From: a virus
Taxonomy: Duplodnaviria > Heunggongvirae > Uroviricota > Caudoviricetes
Length of the DNA: 35,244 nucleotides
Reading direction: 5' to 3' (one strand)
IMG/VR virus record: IMGVR_UViG_2740892431_000022
Numbering within the stretch: the stretch's first letter is position 1; every line of letters starts with the position of its first letter. The notes beneath the pieces are model-generated. The model worked only from the letters and a program-made list of their open reading frames with translations, was not told where the DNA came from and did no database searches. This document shows, piece after piece, positions 1 through 6,887 of the stretch. The translations under genes were made by a program, and so were the position numbers.

Positions 1-751
1 GTGCAGCACGAGACAAAAATGGAAAACCAGAGCTGGTTGAAAAAACTCGCACGCCGCCTGGGGCCTGGTCATATCGTTAATCTCTGCTTTATCGTGGTAT
101 TGCTTTTTTCCACCTTGCTCACCTGGCGTGAAGTGGTGGTGCTGGAAGATGCCTATATCTCCAGCCAGCGTAATCATCTGGAAAACGTAGCCAACGCGCT
201 CGATAAGCATTTGCAGTATAACGTCGACAAACTGATCTTTTTGCGTAATGGCATGCGCGAAGCTCTCGTGGCGCCACTGGATTTCACCTCTCTGCGTAAT
301 GCCGTAACCGAGTTCGAACAGCATCGCGACGAGCACACCTGGCAAATCGAACTCAACCGACGGCGCACCCTGCCAGTCAATGGCGTATCGGATGCATTAG
401 TCAGCGAGGGGAATCTCCTGTCTCGCGAAAATGAAAGCCTCGACAATGAAATTACCGCTGCACTGGAAGTTGGTTACTTGCTGCGACTGGCGCACAACTC
501 CTCGTCGATGGTTGAACAGGCGGTGTATGTCTCGCGTGCTGGATTTTACGTTTCGACGCTGCCGACCTTGTTTACGCGCAATGTACCAACGCGTTATTAC
601 GGCTATGTCACCCAACCCTGGTTTATCGGCCATTCACAACGAGAAAATCGTCACCGCGCGGTACGCTGGTTCACTTCGCAACCGGAACACGCCAGCAATA
701 CTGAACCGCAGGTTACCGTCAGTGTTCCGGTAGACAGTAATAACTACTGGT
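1..751 (+). pseudogene. dgcQ: 5' fragment of a diguanylate cyclase sensor gene (DgcQ/YedQ-like), interrupted by prophage insertion
   Basis: N-terminal TM helix plus periplasmic domain matching my recollection of E. coli DgcQ up to ...VPVDSNNYW; the frame then runs into 13 unrelated codons ([13 protein letters not shown]) and a stop at 790-792; no second TM or GGDEF domain. Identity is recalled, not searched. Confidence 0.6.
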
Positions 752-800
752 TGATCAGACATGAGATAAATGAAGGGGGATCCGTGAGATAAATAACGAA
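752..800. repeat. Prophage terminal region with two direct copies of TGAGATAAAT (762-771, 785-794); candidate transposase-binding sites
   Basis: Direct 10-bp repeat spaced 23 bp immediately inside the putative end; a looser third copy GATAGATAAG lies at 858-867. Confidence 0.45.
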
Positions 801-874
801 TTGGAGTGGGTTAACATGGGTTCTGGTGAACAGAACTGAAATTCTTTTCCGCTATACGATAGATAAGTCGGGCA

Positions 875-904
875 TTGAAATCATCCTTCCTGGCAACTTA
901 GAAT
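875..904 (+). promoter_or_regulatory. Putative sigma70-type promoter TTGAAA-N18-TAGAAT
   Basis: TTGAAA at 875-880 and TAGAAT at 899-904, about 45 bp upstream of a small ORF that has an AAGGA ribosome-binding site. Confidence 0.3.
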
Positions 905-947
905 CGAGTTTGCTGAAACATGACCCGTAACAAAAAGGATGATTCCA

Positions 948-1109
948 ATGACTACTCAAAACAATAAGCATGACAGCCTGGATTACTCAGAAAAGCCCAA
1001 AAGCAAGCACATTGTGACGTTCGAGCGCGATTCCGGTAGAAAAGGAGAATCGTCTTCCTCTGCCAATAAAACCACTATGCCGGCAGCTCCTGCTCCAGGG
1101 AAAAAATAA
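948..1109 (+). CDS. Small hydrophilic hypothetical protein (53 aa)
   Basis: ATG at 948 preceded by AAGGA at 8-nt spacing; hand-translated as MTTQNNKHDSLDYSEKPKSKHIVTFERDSGRKGESSSSANKTTMPAAPAPGKK; below the ORF-track size cutoff; convergent with the 1113..1746 gene. Confidence 0.3.
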   Translation: MTTQNNKHDSLDYSEKPKSKHIVTFERDSGRKGESSSSANKTTMPAAPAPGKK

Positions 1110-1112
1110 ACA

Positions 1113-1746
1113 TCATTCATCGTTCGTTGCACGAACGCGCCTGATCTCCACTCTGGCAATCTGATCTGCTGGAATATAGGTTGCCAGAGCTCCCCAGTAC
1201 TTATCAACCACGCCTTTATACTCTTCCCATTCGTTACTTCCTGAAGGGCTGCTGTGCGTGACGTAAAGAACCATATCGCCTTTATTTCCCAGGGTAAACG
1301 GACCGTTAGGCCACTCTTCAAAGTTCCCTGGCAGCCGTGACATCATACCGGAACCATCGCGAAGAATCACTCTGACCTCGGTGACGCTGAAGCCTGTTTG
1401 ATCAAACATTGCCTGCCATGCTGAGCTGGTATTGTCAGACCATGAAATATCATTATTCCACAGTAATCTGTACATCCATTTGCGACCGTACCTGCGCCAC
1501 CACGCACCGCATGTAACGGCACACAGAAGTGCTGGGGGGGTTGCCAGCCAGGCATTCAGACCTGCCCACATAACAGCCTGGTAAGCCATCATTGCTGTCA
1601 GGCCAAAAATCAGCGAAGAAAAAGTCACCTCAATGGGTTTGTGGTGATCCTTCAGCCCCACATTCGCAATAAAATACCCAATATAGCCACTGGTCAGGGT
1701 CACCAGTGTTGCCCATGGCAGATTTAATAACGAAACGTCAAACATA
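1113..1746 (-). CDS. Polytopic membrane protein (about 3 TM helices plus a roughly 110-aa C-terminal domain), cargo gene at the prophage end
   Basis: ORF 1113..1823; start assigned to the ATG at 1746 (MFDVSLL...) preceded by GGGAGA; hydrophobic helices LPWATLVTLTSGYIGYFIANVGL, VTFSSLIFGLTAMMAYQAVMWAGL and WLATPPALLCAVTCGAWW; no family recognised. Confidence 0.7.
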
Positions 1747-1780
1747 TTTTCTCCCTGCATCCTGAATATTACATAGAGAG

Positions 1781-1813
1781 CATAAAAAAAGCACGGTAAA
1801 GGGTCTACCGTGC
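1781..1813 (-). terminator. Rho-independent terminator downstream of the Mor-like gene
   Basis: On the minus-strand RNA: 8-bp stem GCACGGUA/UACCGUGC (1792-1799 with 1806-1813), 6-nt loop, then a run of 7 U (plus-strand A-run 1785-1791). Confidence 0.7.
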
Positions 1814-1859
1814 TCTTATACAATAAGGAGATTTTTGAAAGGACTTTAACAAGCAGGAA

Positions 1860-2258
1860 TTATCTGGATTTGTTAACGTCTTTCGTCTCCTCTGGCAGAT
1901 CTTCATCAAACAACCTGCCCTGCATCCGATCCAGTTCTTCTTTTCTGACCCGCTTAACCACGCTGTAGACCCACTGAAGCGAAACACCAAAATTGCGGGC
2001 CAGTTCGTGGTGGTTGCGTCCGTTAAACTCCCTGAAGATTTCCCGGTCGCGCTGACTGACCTTCCATACCATGCCCATCGGGAAATAAACGTTTTGCCCG
2101 CCCCAGACCTGCATCATTCGGTTCGCGACGGCCTGACCAATCTGGTCGGCAATTGCGGGCTCAATATCAATAATCTCGCGAACGGTCTCAGAGGTATGCT
2201 GTGCCAGTTCCACCAGGAGTTCCGGCCCTTTACTTCGAAACTGATTCAGGTCGCTCAT
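1860..2258 (-). CDS. mor: Mor/C-family transcriptional activator (middle operon regulator-like)
   Basis: Family signature ...GGQNVYFPMG...RDREIFREFNGRNHHELARNFGVSLQWVYSVVKRVR; GGGAG ribosome-binding site upstream; last gene of the early operon. Confidence 0.88.
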   Translation of the reverse strand: MSDLNQFRSKGPELLVELAQHTSETVREIIDIEPAIADQIGQAVANRMMQVWGGQNVYFPMGMVWKVSQRDREIFREFNGRNHHELARNFGVSLQWVYSVVKRVRKEELDRMQGRLFDEDLPEETKDVNKSR

Positions 2259-2682
2259 GTTTTACTCCCGCAGCTCTGCGCTGCCACTTCTTCAGTTTCT
2301 CAATAACACTGCTTGCCTGTTCAGTATTGAGCCAGCGCAGGGCGCTGATGCCCGTTTCCCGCTTGATCCACCGCGCTAATGCATTTTCTGAACGGTCACG
2401 AACAATGCCGGCAGCAGCCATTTCAAGCCATAGCGCACGGATTTTCCTGGACTGCGGATGGTTATCCAGCGGTAAACCGGAGCTGGCTTTTCTGGCAGGC
2501 TTAACGCGAAAGCCTTTCCTTTTCATGGATTCCAGCACGCAGTTTAGTTGTGTGGTATCCATTCCTTTGGTTGAGGCTTTACCGGTCAGCCCCTGTAACA
2601 TCTGGCGGTAGGTGTCTTCATCCATACCCAGTTCATTACGGGCAATATGAATGAGCTGGATAAGACGTTGTTTAGTCATCAT
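2230..2682 (-). CDS. gemA: GemA-like protein (Mu gp16 family)
   Basis: MMTKQRLIQLIHIARNELGMDEDTYRQML...KRKGF matches the Mu gp16/GemA pattern; AAAGGAG ribosome-binding site before tandem ATGs at 2682 and 2679. Confidence 0.8.
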   Translation of the reverse strand: MMTKQRLIQLIHIARNELGMDEDTYRQMLQGLTGKASTKGMDTTQLNCVLESMKRKGFRVKPARKASSGLPLDNHPQSRKIRALWLEMAAAGIVRDRSENALARWIKRETGISALRWLNTEQASSVIEKLKKWQRRAAGVKHERPESVSK

Positions 2683-2887
2683 CGTTGCTCCTTTTACCTG
2701 CGCCACCGATATAATCGACATATAAAGGAAGCGCCACAGGCCAGCACAGGAACATCACCGACCAGCTAATCCAGTAGCCGGCACCACTGTAACGTGAATA
2801 AAACCCTGAACGGCGGTGCAGTTCAGCAGTACACCAACCGACAAAACAATACCAGAACAGGGCACATACAACAGATTCAGCCGTCAT
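2672..2887 (-). CDS. Small hydrophobic protein (71 aa)
   Basis: Internal ATG at 2887 of ORF 2672..3043, preceded by GGGGGGA; hydrophobic core VVCALFWYCFVGW / WISWSVMFLCWPVALPLYV. Confidence 0.4.
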   Translation of the reverse strand: MTAESVVCALFWYCFVGWCTAELHRRSGFYSRYSGAGYWISWSVMFLCWPVALPLYVDYIGGAGKRSNDDD

Positions 2888-3107
2888 TCTGAATATCCCC
2901 CCAACTGATATGAATATTACGGGCAGCAATGACAGGGTCGTTATTCCACCATGCACCTGACATGTATTTTTCAACCTGTTCGCGTCCGGCAATAACACCA
3001 ATTGTGATCCCCGGCCTGACGTTCTTAAAAAAGGCGCGGGCAAAAAGGTATCTGGCAGATATTCGGCAGGCTTTTAATTTCCGGCTGTTACCTGATAGCG
3101 TAATCAT
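2877..3107 (-). CDS. Hypothetical early protein (76 aa)
   Basis: ATG overlaps the stop of the upstream gene in an ATGA arrangement (3104-3107), suggesting translational coupling. Confidence 0.45.
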   Translation of the reverse strand: MITLSGNSRKLKACRISARYLFARAFFKNVRPGITIGVIAGREQVEKYMSGAWWNNDPVIAARNIHISWGDIQNDG

Positions 3108-3787
3108 CTGGCCTCCAGTTTCTGTTGTTCCTGCCCACTGACCGGGCGGTGCAGTCTGACGTTCTGCCCTTCACGAAACCCCGCATAGCGCGAGGCGTCG
3201 CCATTGCGGCTTCTTCCCGGTTTACGCGCCCTGGTGGTTTGCGTCTGCGGGTATTTATGTTCCAGCCACTGCTGCATCAGTTCACGCTCATCATCGGTCA
3301 GGGCAAAGGACTGTATTTCACTGATAACGGCCAGCACCCAGCCTTCGGCAAACTGGTCTCCACGGCTGGTGCGGGTGGCGGTTTTTATTCTTTTGTTCTG
3401 TGCACTGATATACTGCTGACGCGCCTTTTTCAGCTGACGGGCCAGCACTTCCCAGGTGTATGCAGCCAGTGCCGCACGTTCCCGGTTGCCGTAGAACCCC
3501 ACAGACGGGTGCGTGCCGGGGTGAATGATGGAGTTAACACCAAATACCTCGCGGATGATGTTCATCAGGCCCAGCATGTAGCGCGGTGGACGGAGACTGC
3601 CTGTCGGCCAGTAGTGACTGATGGTTTCATCAATATCACTCATAGCAATGTCGGAATGTGTGATGCCGTGAACATCCATCAGTTTACGGGCTCGGCGCAG
3701 TGCCAGAGCGGCCTCGTGCGGGTTGCCGGATGCGGCCAGCGCCAGCAACTTTTTCAGTTTCTCAATGTGTTTATTCTGGTCTGTCAT
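3104..3787 (-). CDS. Early protein with a DUF2786-like N-terminal motif
   Basis: KLKKLLALAASGNPHEAALALRRARKLM motif; start placed at the ATG at 3787 (MTDQNK...), which overlaps the stop of the 3784..3999 gene as ATGA; alternative start at 3823. Confidence 0.65.
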   Translation of the reverse strand: MTDQNKHIEKLKKLLALAASGNPHEAALALRRARKLMDVHGITHSDIAMSDIDETISHYWPTGSLRPPRYMLGLMNIIREVFGVNSIIHPGTHPSVGFYGNRERAALAAYTWEVLARQLKKARQQYISAQNKRIKTATRTSRGDQFAEGWVLAVISEIQSFALTDDERELMQQWLEHKYPQTQTTRARKPGRSRNGDASRYAGFREGQNVRLHRPVSGQEQQKLEAR

Positions 3788-3999
3788 TGTTCTGTATCTC
3801 CGGTATTTTTCTGCCGTTTCCATGCCCGGACAGCGTCGGACAGCTCTTTCAGGCTGTATGCTGCTTTAAGCTTTTCCCATAACCACTGTGTTGTTATGTG
3901 CATCAGCAGGGCAGCCAGGGCTGCCCCCGCACTGAGGCATGTCGCCAGGCCAGTAAGAATCAGTGTCCATGCGGTGATTTCCCTGAGTATGTCAGCCAT
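3784..3999 (-). CDS. Small membrane protein (71 aa)
   Basis: GGGAGG ribosome-binding site 5 nt before the ATG at 3999; one predicted TM helix (WTLILTGLATCLSAGAALAALLM). Confidence 0.55.
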   Translation of the reverse strand: MADILREITAWTLILTGLATCLSAGAALAALLMHITTQWLWEKLKAAYSLKELSDAVRAWKRQKNTGDTEQ

Positions 4000-4013
4000 T
4001 GAATGCCTCCCGG

Positions 4014-4310
4014 TTACTCGTTCGTGTAAATCACGCCCAGTCGTGCAGCCAGACGTTCCAGTTTTTTCTGTTTGTGGAAGTCAATCAGCCGGTCCATCCC
4101 CTGAAGGCGCAGTTGCTCTGTCATGATTTCCACGTCTGCCAGCTCTGCCGCGAGGTCACTTTCGCTGCCCTGTCCGTTCAGGTTGCGGGCGGCACTGGCC
4201 GCCAGTTCAGCGGCCTCTTCTGCCAGTTTCAGGGCCTGTGCGTCCGGCCCGAAACGCTGCAGGGCCAGACGGTAGAGGGCGGTGCGGGTGAGTTCGGTGT
4301 TTCGTGTCAT
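4014..4310 (-). CDS. MazG-like nucleotide pyrophosphohydrolase domain protein (98 aa)
   Basis: EEAAELA...ELADV acidic motif pattern typical of the MazG/HisE all-alpha NTP pyrophosphatase fold; GAGGG ribosome-binding site. Confidence 0.55.
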   Translation of the reverse strand: MTRNTELTRTALYRLALQRFGPDAQALKLAEEAAELAASAARNLNGQGSESDLAAELADVEIMTEQLRLQGMDRLIDFHKQKKLERLAARLGVIYTNE

Positions 4311-4319
4311 GCCGCGCCC

Positions 4320-4592
4320 TCAGTGCTTCCGGCTGACGGTGATGTGCAGGCCGCCTTCTGCAGTGGTTTCCATCCGGTACGGCACCTCATGCTCTGCCGT
4401 GTGGGTGAGTGTGTTCATCAGTACCTGCAGGGCAGCCTCCTTTCCGTTGGTCGCCACAATGGCCTGTGTGGCCATGCTGATTAGCGCCGTCAGGACGTGA
4501 TTCACATCGGTGAGGTCGCGGCATTCACACTCGTTGACATAGTGTTCAACAAGGGTTCGGGTGCGCTGTCGTGCTTCCTGTGGGGTAATCAT
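4320..4592 (-). CDS. Hypothetical early protein (90 aa)
   Basis: GGGAGG ribosome-binding site; ATGA overlap with the stop of the upstream Zn-ribbon gene. Confidence 0.6.
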   Translation of the reverse strand: MITPQEARQRTRTLVEHYVNECECRDLTDVNHVLTALISMATQAIVATNGKEAALQVLMNTLTHTAEHEVPYRMETTAEGGLHITVSRKH

Positions 4593-4783
4593 TGCGCGTC
4601 CTCCCTGTCAGGGCGGGAGAATTCCATGACGGGCACGTCCGCCGAAAAATGCTGGCTGCAGTACGGGCAGACCAGGGTGACACGTACTGCAGGTATGTGA
4701 TACTTACCGGACATCACGGCGATGGCGCTGTGAAAACGCAGGGCTGTTATATCCCTCTCGCACTGAATACATTTAAATATCAT
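4589..4783 (-). CDS. Zn-ribbon protein (CxxC...CxxC, 64 aa)
   Basis: Cys pairs at residues 5/8 and 39/42 (CIQC ... CPYC); GAGGAG ribosome-binding site. Confidence 0.6.
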   Translation of the reverse strand: MIFKCIQCERDITALRFHSAIAVMSGKYHIPAVRVTLVCPYCSQHFSADVPVMEFSRPDREDAQ

Positions 4784-4880
4784 AATTTAATTCTCCTCTG
4801 TTTCCGGCGTGCAGAAGCCCACGGCGCTGACGCCGGAATAAAAAAGAAAATGTTTTTATTAAATAATTAACGTGGTGTGT

Positions 4881-5411
4881 TTACTGCACATCCTGCTCAA
4901 AAGGAATTATTGAAAAATCCTCAATGTCGCTTTTAATGGAAATACCGGGAATATTTTTCACGGCCTCTTTTTCATTCAGAATGGCATCTTTATTTATTTC
5001 CTCCTTTACACGAATAAAGCGCTCAAGCCCCAGACGTCTCAGCAGTTCAATGACATTATCCGCCCCGCGAATGCTGACTGACGGCGGACGGTTTCGCCAC
5101 TGCACCTCGCCGGTGGTGAGGTTAGCGAACTTCACCTTCCCGTTGCCGGTCAGTTCATCACGGTGCGCCTCACACCATGTCTGGATACCGGACTGCAGTT
5201 CGGCCATGCGTTTTTTCAGGCTCTCGGTGAGCGGGGCATAACGTGCAGTGATGTCGCCAATGGTGTCATTCATTTCTGTTTCAGCCCTGACCAGTTCACG
5301 TTGCGCGTCACCAAGCAGTCTGATTCCCTCAATGACCTCTTCGCGTGTCCCCGGCACCCAGAGTGCTGCTGCGGCTTTGATACGTTTTGCCCCTTTTGTA
5401 CTTTTTGCCAT
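4881..5411 (-). CDS. gam: Host-nuclease inhibitor Gam (Mu Gam family)
   Basis: MAKSTKGAKRIKAAAA...WCEAHRDELTGNGKVKFANLTTGEVQWRNRPPSVSIRG...FIRVKEEINKDAIL...EDFSIIPFEQ closely follows my recollection of Mu Gam. Confidence 0.88.
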   Translation of the reverse strand: MAKSTKGAKRIKAAAALWVPGTREEVIEGIRLLGDAQRELVRAETEMNDTIGDITARYAPLTESLKKRMAELQSGIQTWCEAHRDELTGNGKVKFANLTTGEVQWRNRPPSVSIRGADNVIELLRRLGLERFIRVKEEINKDAILNEKEAVKNIPGISIKSDIEDFSIIPFEQDVQ

Positions 5412-5438
5412 ATTTTATGACTCCTCCTGTTGTGCTGA

Positions 5439-5708
5439 TTACCACAAAGATTCCGGCCACACGACGCGACAGCCGTGCAGTTCGAAAACGCCCTGACGGA
5501 AATATCCCCTGTGGTCATGTCCGGTATACAGATAACAGGCCTTTCCCTGCTCAAGCATGCGCATGCAATGCGCACTCCGGGAAACGCGGATGACAGGTTT
5601 GTTACCCCTGATGGTGATGCTTTGTACATCCGTGTTCGTCGCCTTAAGCGCCATAATGGCTGACTGCACTTTGCTGATTTGCTGGTTGATACCTGTGGTG
5701 GATTTCAT
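5439..5708 (-). CDS. Hypothetical early protein (89 aa); positional analogue of the Mu kil/cim region
   Basis: AAAGGGG ribosome-binding site; start abuts the stop of B; no family recognised. Confidence 0.55.
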   Translation of the reverse strand: MKSTTGINQQISKVQSAIMALKATNTDVQSITIRGNKPVIRVSRSAHCMRMLEQGKACYLYTGHDHRGYFRQGVFELHGCRVVWPESLW

Positions 5709-5710
5709 TA

Positions 5711-6877
5711 TTAAACCCCTTTGACAACGTCAGCGTTGACCTGTGGAACCCCGATTTCAGCGGCCAGATTCATGGCGGCTATCACCAGGTTACTGACGGC
5801 CAGCGGATACAGCAGGCTGACCATATTTTTACGATGACTTCCCGGATTGCTCAGGCGGGCACGTATGGCATCCACTGCGCTGGCGTCCATAATGTCCGTC
5901 AGTTGTTTACCGGCCCGTTGCAGTTTGAACGTCAGAAATTCTTCAAGGTTATTGTCCAGAGGCAGAAGTTCGACCACCTCACAACGCTGAACGACTTCAC
6001 GGACTTCCATATTGCGTTCAGACAGTTTTGTCGCCAGTTCCGGCTGGCCAATCAGCACGATGGACAGCAGTTTTTTGAAACCGGACTCCAGCTCAAAAAA
6101 GCGTTTGAGGTGTTTCAGTGTCGGAATGGGCAGACTGTGGGCCTCCTCAATCACCAAAACGTGGCTGAACCCCGCCTGGCTGCTGTCTTTCAGGACGCGA
6201 TGCAACTGGCGAAAGCGGGCGTCCTGACTGCGTCTGATGCTTTCCAGTGGTGCGATGGTACTGATAATGGCTTCGGCAATCGCTGCTGCCTTCAGGGTTT
6301 TCCCTTTCACATCGTTGTCTTCCATAGCGATGATGTATGGCTCGATAACAATTACCGGCGCATTCTCGCGGTTGATACGTTCAGTCAGGTCGCGGCGCAG
6401 CGTGGATTTACCCGCACCGGACTCACCGATGACGGCCATAAACCCACCATGACGGGCTGTCTGGTACAACGCCTCACGCACGTAGCGAATGTCCGGGGTG
6501 GTGAACACATCATCAGAACCCTGCATGGCTTCATCGGCGAACGGGTCACGGAAAAGACCAAACGCTTTTTTGGTTGCTGGAAATAACACCTGTTTTTTGA
6601 GTAACATATTCTCTTCCTCACTGAGGCTCGTTTTATCTGTGGTACCCGCTGTACGGGGCGTGGCTGCGCCCTGTACAGCATCAAAACTCTTCGTTGTATC
6701 AATCCCCTGACTTTCCAGCCAGGACGCAAGACGCCGGCGCACTTCTCCGGGGCTGGTGCGGGGCCACGCGTTATGATTCACAATCTGGGCCAGCGTGGCC
6801 TCAGAAACATCGACAGCTCTCGCCACCACCGCCTGTGGGATACGGGCCTCTTTCAGTTGCTGCTTCAGTACCAGCAT
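5711..6877 (-). CDS. Transposition ATPase B (MuB-like AAA+ protein)
   Basis: N-terminal HTH-like segment, Walker A GESGAGKST, Walker B-like VLVIEEAH; start placed at the ATG at 6877 with a strong GAGGAGGAA ribosome-binding site (ORF extends to 6916). Confidence 0.88.
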   Translation of the reverse strand: MLVLKQQLKEARIPQAVVARAVDVSEATLAQIVNHNAWPRTSPGEVRRRLASWLESQGIDTTKSFDAVQGAATPRTAGTTDKTSLSEEENMLLKKQVLFPATKKAFGLFRDPFADEAMQGSDDVFTTPDIRYVREALYQTARHGGFMAVIGESGAGKSTLRRDLTERINRENAPVIVIEPYIIAMEDNDVKGKTLKAAAIAEAIISTIAPLESIRRSQDARFRQLHRVLKDSSQAGFSHVLVIEEAHSLPIPTLKHLKRFFELESGFKKLLSIVLIGQPELATKLSERNMEVREVVQRCEVVELLPLDNNLEEFLTFKLQRAGKQLTDIMDASAVDAIRARLSNPGSHRKNMVSLLYPLAVSNLVIAAMNLAAEIGVPQVNADVVKGV

Positions 6878-6887
6878 GTTTTCCTCC

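Noticed and set aside
752-1112. Integrase and attachment site at a tRNA
   Set aside because: No tyrosine or serine recombinase and no tRNA-like sequence were seen; the junction lies inside a protein-coding gene, consistent with transposition.
983-1555. Minus-strand ORFs 983..1321 and 1367..1555
   Set aside because: They overlap the 211-aa membrane-protein gene in other frames, and 983..1321 would run antisense through the small plus-strand ORF; no ribosome-binding sites.
3125-4126. Plus-strand 333-aa ORF
   Set aside because: It lies antisense to a run of minus-strand early genes that have ribosome-binding sites, ATGA coupling and recognisable products; it is most likely a GC-rich antisense artefact.
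4804-4837. Inverted repeat CCGGCGT ... ACGCCGG between gam and the Zn-ribbon gene as a possible terminator
   Set aside because: There is no U-tract after the stem on the transcribed strand and the loop is about 20 nt; more likely a spacer or processing structure within the early operon.
5834-6586. Plus-strand 250-aa ORF inside the B gene, with similar antisense ORFs at 21486..22220 and 23847..24731
   Set aside because: All are antisense to confidently assigned genes (B, major head, sheath) and have no start context.
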